Of a stretch of 39,505 nt of DNA, positions 19,058-26,641 are shown in pieces (the first letter of the stretch is position 1; every line of letters begins with the position of its first letter). Source of the stretch: Candidatus Woesearchaeota archaeon (GTDB taxonomy: Archaea; Nanobdellota; Nanobdellia; Woesearchaeales; GW2011-AR15). The notes under the pieces are model-generated. The model made no database searches and was not told the DNA's origin. It saw only the letters and a list, made by a program, of their open reading frames with translations. The DNA lies in NCBI GenBank assembly GCA_016934775.1, contig JAFGSP010000167.1, positions 1-39,505 on the forward strand, read 5' to 3'. The position numbers were made by a program, and so were the translations under genes.

Positions 19058-19161
19058 GTTTTTAAATACTTGTTTCTACAAAAAGTGATTTTTTTGTCTC
19101 TACGTGGTTATAAGCACTACTTAAATATTAGTTATTATTAGTAACCTAAGGTGATTTGACA

Positions 19162-19527
19162 ATGGAGGATTTGGATGGATTAGTAGAATATGTATTAGGT
19201 TTAGAGGATACACACTATATTGGTAAAACAGATGGTGTGCCTATTCCTAGTCACTTAAGTGATGTAAAAGGTGTTTTATTTTCGGGAGGAGAAAATAATA
19301 ATAGGTACTTAATAGGTGAATCCCAACCGCTTCCTGAATTGAGTAATAGAAGACCATCAACTAAAGAGATTTTTGTTCTTAAACAAGGAGAATGGGGTGA
19401 TATCCAAACTGCTTCGATAATATATCACATACAATCAGATAATGGCGCTATGCCTGCAAACTATGTTTTACTGGAAGAAGCAGTGGAAGCGCACAAACAA
19501 TACATGCAAGAACAAGGTAGTGGATAA
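19162..19527 (+). CDS. Hypothetical protein (orphan, no family recognised)
   Basis: Open frame MEDLDGLVEYVLGLEDTHYIGKTDG.... Strong SD-like AAGGTGA (19148-19154) 7 nt upstream of ATG 19162 (the ORF-track start at 19156 is TTG). No TM segment and no motifs I recognise. Confidence 0.5.
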   Translation: MEDLDGLVEYVLGLEDTHYIGKTDGVPIPSHLSDVKGVLFSGGENNNRYLIGESQPLPELSNRRPSTKEIFVLKQGEWGDIQTASIIYHIQSDNGAMPANYVLLEEAVEAHKQYMQEQGSG

Positions 19528-19529
19528 AT

Positions 19530-20321
19530 TTACTTCGTGAATCTCCACAATTCTTCGATCATATCAAACGCTGTATATCCATATCCTTTCTGCTTGAACA
19601 TGTGCTCGCCAAGCCTTCCGTTTATGAAGGCTGCCTGCTTTGCAGATTCAAAAAGATCTCCGGATTGCGCAACATAGCCAGCGCATATGCCTGCAAGTAT
19701 ATCTCCTGTGCCTCCGACTGTCATAGAATTGTGGCCTGTCTTGTTAATATGCCGCCTGTGCTTTGTGAAAACTGTGTCTGAGACCCCTTTAAGCAGAATC
19801 ACATTGTTGCCTATGTTCTTCTGGATGCTCTTGATGTTCACATCAATATCAAGCTCATCGTAATCCGGCTTCTTGACTGTGTTCTTGTATAGGATCTCAA
19901 ATTCCTTTGTGTGCGGAGTCAGGACGCTGTTCGAGACAATATCAAGGTTCAGCACTTTTATGGCGTCCGCATCCAGGACAAAAGGCTTCTTTATCTCTCT
20001 TATGAGCTTGAAGACAAAATCCTTTTTTAGGCCAAGACCATTACCGAGGGCTACGACATCATAATGCTCGCTCATCGATATGATTTCTTTGCAATGCGTC
20101 AGATTCAGCTCATCTCCCAGGAATTTCTTTGTGATGAGGTCTGGAGAATAGCTGTTTATCACCCACGCCGCGTTTTCCGGAGCGCATATGGTGACAATAT
20201 CTACGCCTGTCCTTAGGGCAGCCATAGCCACAAAAGCAGGCGCACCGACATAATCCTTGCTCCCTCCCACAACAAGCAATTTCCCGTTCTGGCCCTTGTA
20301 ATCCTTCCGCCTAAGCTTCAT
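19530..20321 (-). CDS. ADP-dependent NAD(P)H-hydrate dehydratase (YjeF C-terminal / carbohydrate kinase family)
   Basis: GKLLVVGGSKDYVGAPAFVAMAALRTGVDIVTICAP ... LTPHTKEF ... TVGGTGDILAGICAG. Confidence 0.85.
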   Translation of the reverse strand: MKLRRKDYKGQNGKLLVVGGSKDYVGAPAFVAMAALRTGVDIVTICAPENAAWVINSYSPDLITKKFLGDELNLTHCKEIISMSEHYDVVALGNGLGLKKDFVFKLIREIKKPFVLDADAIKVLNLDIVSNSVLTPHTKEFEILYKNTVKKPDYDELDIDVNIKSIQKNIGNNVILLKGVSDTVFTKHRRHINKTGHNSMTVGGTGDILAGICAGYVAQSGDLFESAKQAAFINGRLGEHMFKQKGYGYTAFDMIEELWRFTK

Positions 20322-21933
20322 CTTTATTGGTCATCCTCTTCTCTTTTTTAATCTTTTCCCTGTACTGCCTCCTCATCTCCTTCTGCTCATCTGTCAACCT
20401 TGCACGTCCTTTTGAAGATTTATTATTGAGTACAAAGGCTCGCCTTTTTGAGTACTGGACAGGGTTCTTGATGCGCTCACAAAGATTATCCGGATGGCAT
20501 ACCCCGAAATCCTGGTAATATGACCTGCAGTTCGGAGGCAAAATTTTCTTTTTTTTCTGCCTATGGTATCTTATCTGGTTCCTTATCATAGCCTCTCTCA
20601 GTGGCTCCTTGTTCTTTCTGTTCCACTCCAGAAGAAGCTCTTCTGCCCTATCATGCGGCCATCCTGCAGATGTCAGAAAATTTGTGAGCACAAACATAGC
20701 TCTCTTTCTTCCATCTTCAAGGCCTTTCAGAATCTCCTGGATACAGGGAGGGAATAATTCCTCAGGAATCTGAGCCGTGATTTCCTCATAAGTTCTCTGT
20801 AGCCCATCTTTTTTTTCAGGTTCTTCTTTTAACTTGTGAGTATAGTCAAAAGCTGCTATCATGAGCCTCATGGCCTCGTCTTTCTCTGCCACAGAAGAGT
20901 CAAGAAACATTGGCATATTGCTCTCAAAAACTTTCTCCGGTTCTGCCTGGTTTTTCTCAAACCCCATTATTATGTCTGGTGAGACAGGAATAGAAACAAG
21001 GCCTGATTTTTCATGCATGCTATACGGAGCCCTGTACATGTGCCTGGAAGAGATAAGGATAGTGTCTACATCAACAATCGACAATGGGTCAAAAATCTCT
21101 TTAAAATCGTTTGAGCCGCATGAGCATAGGCTGGACTCATGCTCTATTTTCTCCATAAGTATCCCGCATCTCGGACAGACCATAGAGGCTGTGCTGTCTT
21201 CTTTTACAGCTGCCCTGCCGCATCTGGAGCAGATAAATTCCTTTTTTGACAAGAGTGTTTTCTTCTTTATCTCTTTCCTGCAGTTTGTGCATAACGTCTT
21301 GCTTAGCTCTTCATGGCTCTTATTAGTTATACTGCATATCTCTTCTATTGTTGTCGTATAGATGTTGTCAAAGATAATCTCTCCTGTTTTTTTCACTGTT
21401 ATCAGATTGTTTGCTATATAGTCAAGAAGATAAAGCGCTATCCTCTTCGGACCGTCAGGAAACCAGTTCTTCACAGGCATCTCGTTTATGTTATCCGGAA
21501 AAGATTCAAACGGCACGCCTATATGGAACCCCTTGTTCCCTGAGAACTTGCAGCTTATCGATTTTATGCCATGCATCTTCAATGCCTTAATGAAAAGATG
21601 TGTTGTGAGTTTTGAGAAATGCCAGTAAGGGCAATCAATATCAAGGACAAGGTCCCATCCTGACCTAAGCTCATCAAGGTCCTGCTTCCTCATCTCTGTC
21701 GTTAACTTAAGAGGATCTTCCCATCTCTCTTCAGAAACGTGAAAGCTTGTCGCGCCTTTTTTCACTGGCCCCATAACATCGTTCTCATATATAAGGACAT
21801 CCGGCCTTTTTCCAAAGCCCCTTGTGCCATATCTTATGCCCACTTCCCTGTCTGAGCTGGCATCCGCTATCGCTTTTTGGACATGTCTCTGTTTATAATA
21901 AAGGAGCCGTCTGCTTATATCCAGCATCATCAT
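20311..21933 (-). CDS. DNA primase, single-chain fusion of PriS catalytic domain and a PriL C-terminal (4Fe-4S) domain
   Basis: PriS motifs: GWDLVLDIDCP (metal-binding DxD), SGNKGFHIGVPF, and SRHMYRAPYSMHEKSGLVSIPV. Inserted CxxC zinc modules (CTNC, CSRC, CPRC). C-terminal PriL-CTD-like LFPPCIQEILKGLEDGRKRAMFVLTNFLTSAGW plus PPNCRSYYQDFGVCHPDNLC, giving 4 Cys. Start trimmed to the ATG triplet at 21933-21925 (MMMLDISRR...); the ORF-track start at 22101 overlaps the Toprim gene. Confidence 0.85.
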   Translation of the reverse strand: MMMLDISRRLLYYKQRHVQKAIADASSDREVGIRYGTRGFGKRPDVLIYENDVMGPVKKGATSFHVSEERWEDPLKLTTEMRKQDLDELRSGWDLVLDIDCPYWHFSKLTTHLFIKALKMHGIKSISCKFSGNKGFHIGVPFESFPDNINEMPVKNWFPDGPKRIALYLLDYIANNLITVKKTGEIIFDNIYTTTIEEICSITNKSHEELSKTLCTNCRKEIKKKTLLSKKEFICSRCGRAAVKEDSTASMVCPRCGILMEKIEHESSLCSCGSNDFKEIFDPLSIVDVDTILISSRHMYRAPYSMHEKSGLVSIPVSPDIIMGFEKNQAEPEKVFESNMPMFLDSSVAEKDEAMRLMIAAFDYTHKLKEEPEKKDGLQRTYEEITAQIPEELFPPCIQEILKGLEDGRKRAMFVLTNFLTSAGWPHDRAEELLLEWNRKNKEPLREAMIRNQIRYHRQKKKKILPPNCRSYYQDFGVCHPDNLCERIKNPVQYSKRRAFVLNNKSSKGRARLTDEQKEMRRQYREKIKKEKRMTNKDEA

Positions 21934-21952
21934 AAATTGGAAAGGGAACAGA

Positions 21953-21960
21953 TTTATATG
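21953..21960. promoter_or_regulatory. Single central TATA-like element shared by the divergent primase and Toprim genes
   Basis: TTTATATG (21953-21960) lies in a 49-bp spacer. It is about 23 nt from the primase ATG (21933, minus) and about 26 nt from the Toprim ATG (21983, plus). There is no SD-like sequence on either side. Confidence 0.45.
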
Positions 21961-21982
21961 TTTTAATGCGATCAACTGCAGT

Positions 21983-22363
21983 ATGGAGGATGAACTGGAT
22001 GCTTTGGCTGAGAAGATAGATGAACTAAAAAAGACCGGGCTTCCGATAATCGTAGAAGGAAAAAAAGATAAGACTGCGATGAATAAGCTTGGGATAACCA
22101 ATATCCATATATTAAAAGAGCCTGTATATCAGATATGCGAAAAAATAGCTGAAAAACACAAAAAAGCAGTAATCCTGACAGATCTTGATCCTGAAGGGAA
22201 AAAACTGTATTCTAAAATCAGAGAGGGACTGGAAAAGAATGGCTGTGCTGTGGATGACACCTTCAGAGAGTTCTTATTCAGAAAAACAAAACTGAGGCAG
22301 ATTGAAGGATTAAGAAACTATATGATTAGGCTTGAGAACAAGGCTCAAGACATAAATTTATAA
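21983..22363 (+). CDS. Small Toprim-domain protein (RNase M5 / small primase-like family)
   Basis: LPIIVEGKKDKTAMNKLGI (Toprim Glu) and AVILTDLDPEGKKLY (DxD). Confidence 0.8.
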   Translation: MEDELDALAEKIDELKKTGLPIIVEGKKDKTAMNKLGITNIHILKEPVYQICEKIAEKHKKAVILTDLDPEGKKLYSKIREGLEKNGCAVDDTFREFLFRKTKLRQIEGLRNYMIRLENKAQDINL

Positions 22364-22407
22364 GTAAAGAGCTCCTATTAAGGATGAAAAACCAAGGGGG
22401 TGGTATT

Positions 22408-22851
22408 ATGACTTTTGCCAAAAAAGCCTATGACTTAGCAAGAAAACAAGTATTTTTCTGCGATGCAGGACAGCCTCTGTCTGAGATAGCCAGGCAGATG
22501 TATTCAAAAAACATAGGGTCTATAATTGTAAAAGAAGGGAACCGCCATATCGGCATAATCACTGTGAATGATATGCTGAGGGCGATGAACAAGAACAAGA
22601 ATCCTGATAAAACACCGGCAAAAGATATCATGTCCTCCCCGCTTGTGATAGCAAATAAAAACCTTGAGATAGATGAACTTGTAGACAAATTCAATAACAG
22701 CAAAGTCTCAAGGATGATACTCGTAAATGAAAAAGACGAAGTTGTCGGAGTAGTCAGGGATATCGCTGTATACCAGTACATGACATTCTATAAGTATGAC
22801 CAGGAAGTCAGAAAAAGGTTTTCCAAGAATTACGCAAGACCGCTGTACTGA
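22408..22851 (+). CDS. CBS-domain pair protein
   Basis: Two CBS repeats (NIGSIIVKEGNRHIGIITVNDMLRA and SRMILVNEKDEVVGVVRDIAV). Start placed at ATG 22408, which follows GGGGGTGG; the ORF-track start is 22384. Confidence 0.8.
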   Translation: MTFAKKAYDLARKQVFFCDAGQPLSEIARQMYSKNIGSIIVKEGNRHIGIITVNDMLRAMNKNKNPDKTPAKDIMSSPLVIANKNLEIDELVDKFNNSKVSRMILVNEKDEVVGVVRDIAVYQYMTFYKYDQEVRKRFSKNYARPLY

Positions 22852-24939
22852 TCATCTCAGCTTGAAGAAGGCAACTCCTGCCAGAAACAATACTGCTATG
22901 ATAAAATATAGTGAATAATCCTTAAGCTTGGCTGAAGATGACATATATATTGTTTTGGCTGTTGCAGGAGATACATAATCTGTGGATTTCTCTATAATAG
23001 AATCTTCTTCTTTCTCGTCTTTTTTGAGTTCAGAAGAGACATGGGATTCAGAGGCTGCTGTTTCAGGAATATTCACCTTAATCTCCTGAATAATCTCATT
23101 AGGTGTTTTCCTGTCATCTCTCTGAACCAGCACCTTAAACTTATAATCTCCTGCAGAGATGTCTGTAAAGGTATTTTTTAGTAGAACATAGTCTGTCCCG
23201 TAGCCATCAACTGAAAGACCTATTTTGTTTTTCTCTCTTTCACCTGAGTATGATTTTGAGCCCCTATAAACATAGCTCCAGACAGAGTAGTTATGGCTTT
23301 TGTTTTCAGGATTTGTAAGTCTGACAGCGGCCATAACCTCATCAGATGCATTGGCTGTGAAATATACTAGCTCATATTGTACTACTTTTTCTTTTGTTTC
23401 GGTTGAAATCTGTGTCTTCTGGCCGCATTCATCAGATTGTCCTATATACAGCTTCTTCTCTGCTTTTGCATCCAGACCTTCTACCACCAAAGTATATTCG
23501 CCGGGATCATCACTGCATTTCAGCTGTATCGGCAAGCTGAATTCATATTCTTGGTATTGTGACTTGAGATTGATGCTTGTTGTCTCGCTGACTTTTGTGC
23601 TGCCTTTCGCCACATATGCCTTGACTGAGTATTTTCTTGTGTCTCCCTTATAGACCTTGACATCCGCTTTCAACAATCCCCCAAATATTGCCTGCTGGCT
23701 TATGCTTGTTATCCTGATTGTGCTCTTATCCTCTTCTTCAGATACTGATCCTGAATCATCAGCTGAGCCTCTGACAACAACAAGATACTCACCTTCTGTT
23801 TGGTTATTTGAATTGTTGCATGCTATCCAAGCAAGTTTAGACTTTATAATAAAGGCCATGTCTGTCTCATCAAATTTCGGCGTATATGATTTCTTGTTAG
23901 TGTTCTTTGTCAGCACAGGCTTTTTGACCTGCTTGCCAAAAAGGTCCTCTACCCAGTATTCTATCTGATAAGGAAATGACTCATTGCTCAATTCATGAAA
24001 AAAATAGATTTTCTCACCCTCTTCAAACAGCTGCTTCTCAACACCAAGAGAAAGTGAGATATTGCATTGATGAAGGCCGGGGTCTTCAGGAGACACCTCG
24101 ACGCATAATGAAAAATTTGAGCCTTCTATGGCTCCGCATATCTGATATTGGCCCAGAATGCCGAACAAAAAAGGCGAGCAGGTCTGTGAGGTGTATGACT
24201 TCAGAGACACATTCAGAGATTCCTCATGCAGAAGAACATATTCATGACTCTGGTTGACTGTGCTGTTCATGATCGAGATATTGTAATAGAAGCCAGCATA
24301 TATCTTGTCCTGCCCTTTTTCATAATAGTTATTTGTAATCCTGAAAAAAGAATCATACTCACCCCCAAGATATATAGCGCCTGGCATATTTGAGGAGAGG
24401 GAAAACTGTGGCTGTGCAGCTTTTTCCTCTTCCTGCTTATCAGCATAAAAAGATCTTTCTATATTGGCCTGAAAGGGCGTGGGCTCTGATTCAAGCCAAG
24501 TATCATTAAAAAGGGAAATCGAATAGCCTTCTTCCGCAATATCTGAATAATTTACAGCGCAGCTTTCATTTGTTGTATCATCAAAAAATATAAGTTCCTC
24601 GCCTGCTGAATTTGATAAAGAAAATGAAGAAGACATCAGCATGCCGCTGATATTATACTCATATCCGAATGCCTCGGGATCCCTGGCGGCCACCATATAT
24701 TCCAATGGAAGCAAGGTAATATTCCCTGAACACAATGAAATGCCATGGTCAACTTCTGCTTCCCTGAATCTCCATCCTGAAAGATTGATAGAATCATTGC
24801 CTGCATTATAAAGCTCTATCCATTCCCTTCCTGTATCGCTTCCTTCTGGATCATACATTATCTCGCTTATTCTCAACTCAGCATTCACTGAATAAGATAA
24901 TGTGAAAAAAAGGCATATGAGAACAATTTTTCTGGTCAT
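22852..24939 (-). CDS. Secreted, C-terminally anchored surface protein with N-terminal lamin-tail domain (LTD); predicted N-glycoprotein
   Basis: Signal peptide MTRKIVLICLFFTLSYSVNA. LTD signature ELRISEIMYDPEGSDTGREWIELYNAGNDSINLSGWRF. C-terminal TM segment YSLYFIIAVLFLAGVAFFKLR. 19 N-x-S/T sequons by hand count. Start placed at ATG 24939 because the TATA-like AAAATATTTATAG (24961-24973, minus) is only about 9 nt from the ORF-track ATG at 24957. Confidence 0.8.
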   Translation of the reverse strand: MTRKIVLICLFFTLSYSVNAELRISEIMYDPEGSDTGREWIELYNAGNDSINLSGWRFREAEVDHGISLCSGNITLLPLEYMVAARDPEAFGYEYNISGMLMSSSFSLSNSAGEELIFFDDTTNESCAVNYSDIAEEGYSISLFNDTWLESEPTPFQANIERSFYADKQEEEKAAQPQFSLSSNMPGAIYLGGEYDSFFRITNNYYEKGQDKIYAGFYYNISIMNSTVNQSHEYVLLHEESLNVSLKSYTSQTCSPFLFGILGQYQICGAIEGSNFSLCVEVSPEDPGLHQCNISLSLGVEKQLFEEGEKIYFFHELSNESFPYQIEYWVEDLFGKQVKKPVLTKNTNKKSYTPKFDETDMAFIIKSKLAWIACNNSNNQTEGEYLVVVRGSADDSGSVSEEEDKSTIRITSISQQAIFGGLLKADVKVYKGDTRKYSVKAYVAKGSTKVSETTSINLKSQYQEYEFSLPIQLKCSDDPGEYTLVVEGLDAKAEKKLYIGQSDECGQKTQISTETKEKVVQYELVYFTANASDEVMAAVRLTNPENKSHNYSVWSYVYRGSKSYSGEREKNKIGLSVDGYGTDYVLLKNTFTDISAGDYKFKVLVQRDDRKTPNEIIQEIKVNIPETAASESHVSSELKKDEKEEDSIIEKSTDYVSPATAKTIYMSSSAKLKDYSLYFIIAVLFLAGVAFFKLR

Positions 24940-25032
24940 GACAGAAAGCTTCTCCATCTACTATAAATATTTTACTAAAAAAATAAACATAATAAATTTT
25001 TTTGTCTGAATAAAAAAGACCAAAAACTAAGA

Positions 25033-25067
25033 AGCGCAGGCGCTGTCAAAAAAGTCAGCTTGCTGAC
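25033..25067. promoter_or_regulatory. Two adjacent GC-rich palindromes in an otherwise AT-rich divergent promoter region (candidate operator sites)
   Basis: AGCGC-AG-GCGCT (25033-25044) and GTCAGC-TT-GCTGAC (25054-25067). They lie between the LTD gene TATA (about 24966) and the TATA-like GTTTTAAAAA (25093-25102) of the Pro-rich gene. Confidence 0.3.
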
Positions 25068-25115
25068 TCAGAACTATTTATCAAAACAAAAAGTTTTAAA
25101 AACCCCAGTGAACTT

Positions 25116-26012
25116 ATGAATAGAGGGAATATGGGTTTTTTAGACAGTTTCAAGAAAAAAGAGGATTCACCTATCTTAAATTCTCCTCAGGGGAACAAAG
25201 ACCTTCCCCCTCTTTCAAAATTAGTCCCCCCGCCTCCCGGCGCGCCTGCCCAGGGCGCAGGACAGGATAATCTCCCTTTGCCTCCTTCGCCTGGTGGCTC
25301 TTCCAACAACCAAGAAAATCCTGGCTCTGCTATTGAAAACGCATTTACTAATTCTCTTGATAAATCAGTAGATTCTCCAGCGCAAAAGAGGCCGCTGCCT
25401 CCTCTGACACCCCCTCCGAAGAGACATCTGGATTCAGAACCCTTATTCCAGTCTGCGCCCCTGCCTCCTGAAAAAAACGGTGTTGATTTTTCATATACGC
25501 AGGATTCACAGGAGATGCAACAGCCAACTGCGCAGCATCCGTCTGAAGTTCCTCTTGATCTTCCTCAGCTTCCTCCTCTTTCACAACAGGAGGGAAGTGT
25601 CAAAGCAGGACCGAATTTCCAGACAAAGACCTATATGACCCATGAGGTCAAGAACGATAATGAGATCATTGAAGATATCCCTTATTTTTCAGATGTCGGA
25701 GACCAGGCACTGGTCCAAGAAGCAAATCCGATGCTTGATGACCTGCCGATGCTCGACGCAGAAGGACCGGAGATATACAGGAACCTCAGGCCTGAGATTA
25801 CAAAGCCACTTTTCATAAGGACAGATTTCTACAGCCAGGTGCTCACAAACCTTGATAATATAAAATCGTATGTGAATGAATCTTCAGAGATAATATATAA
25901 CCTTGAGAACCTGAAGAGGAATTCTGATTCTGAGCACAGGTATTTCAAGAAAGTCCTTGAGGACATACAAAGGAAACTCATCTATATCGACAGAGTATTA
26001 TTCAACGGGTGA
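25116..26012 (+). CDS. Proline-rich disordered protein with C-terminal coiled-coil domain (paralog 1 of 3; unknown family)
   Basis: About 200 aa of low-complexity Pro-rich sequence (PPPPGAPAQGAG, LPLPPSPGG, RPLPPLTPPPKR, APLPPEKNG, LPQLPPLSQQ), then a helical domain FIRTDFYSQVLTNL...LEDIQRKLIYIDRVLF. The start could be ATG 25131 (MGFLDSFKKK). Confidence 0.6.
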   Translation: MNRGNMGFLDSFKKKEDSPILNSPQGNKDLPPLSKLVPPPPGAPAQGAGQDNLPLPPSPGGSSNNQENPGSAIENAFTNSLDKSVDSPAQKRPLPPLTPPPKRHLDSEPLFQSAPLPPEKNGVDFSYTQDSQEMQQPTAQHPSEVPLDLPQLPPLSQQEGSVKAGPNFQTKTYMTHEVKNDNEIIEDIPYFSDVGDQALVQEANPMLDDLPMLDAEGPEIYRNLRPEITKPLFIRTDFYSQVLTNLDNIKSYVNESSEIIYNLENLKRNSDSEHRYFKKVLEDIQRKLIYIDRVLFNG

Positions 26013-26026
26013 AAAGAGGGAGAATC

Positions 26027-26254
26027 ATGAGAAAAGACCAGAATGTTTTTGTCAGGATCGATGAATATAAAGATGTGCTGGACATCATCACATTAGTCAA
26101 TGAAAAAGTCAAAGAGGCCAGGATAGTCCTTGGCAAGATAAATGACCTTAAGAACCAGGAAGATAATGAGCTCGATGCATGGAGAAACTCACTCGATGAT
26201 GTTGAGAGGAAGATGAAATATATCGACCAGACCTTGTTCGAGCCGAGATACTAA
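26027..26254 (+). CDS. Small coiled-coil protein (paralog 2 of 3)
   Basis: FVRIDEYKDVLDII...LDDVERKMKYIDQTLF aligns without gaps to the C-terminus of the upstream protein. GAGGGAG (26016-26022) precedes ATG 26027 (the ORF-track start at 26009 is GTG). Confidence 0.6.
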   Translation: MRKDQNVFVRIDEYKDVLDIITLVNEKVKEARIVLGKINDLKNQEDNELDAWRNSLDDVERKMKYIDQTLFEPRY

Positions 26255-26255
26255 T

Positions 26256-26591
26256 ATGAAAGACGGATTTTTTGTCGGGATCTATGATCCTATCGATGTC
26301 AGGAGGAATCTTCTTGAGAATTCCAAGGAAATAGTGAAATCTTTGCAGTACTATGATAAGCTTAAGGAGATAAGGTCAAACAAGCTTATGCTTTTCCAGG
26401 AGATGAAGACTGTGATGGAAGAGCTTGACCTCCTTGTCACGAAACTAAAAGAGAAATTGCCAAAATCCCACCTCAGGAAAGTCCAAGAGGAAAAAGAGAA
26501 GCATTCACCTGAAAAGTTCAGCTCTGAGCTAGACCAACTGGAGAAGCAGCTCAGGATTATCGAAAATGAGCTGTCCGGGATGGACGGCTGA
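26256..26591 (+). CDS. Small coiled-coil protein (distant paralog 3 of 3)
   Basis: The ATG lies 1 nt after the upstream stop. N-terminus FVGIYDPIDVRRNLLEN... resembles the F-V-R-I-D start of paralogs 1 and 2. The rest is predicted helical and K/E/L-rich. Confidence 0.55.
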   Translation: MKDGFFVGIYDPIDVRRNLLENSKEIVKSLQYYDKLKEIRSNKLMLFQEMKTVMEELDLLVTKLKEKLPKSHLRKVQEEKEKHSPEKFSSELDQLEKQLRIIENELSGMDG

Positions 26592-26641
26592 TCAGCTTAT
26601 TCTTCATAAGATTAATATAAAAAGAACAATTCCTGATAGCC

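Noticed and set aside
21934-22101. 56-aa N-terminal extension of the primase ORF (MVIPSLFIAVLSFF...).
   Set aside because: It overlaps the Toprim gene and its promoter on the opposite strand, and it is hydrophobic, S/F-rich nonsense. An ATG triplet at 21933 follows a TATA-like element at the right distance, and PriS homology begins after it.
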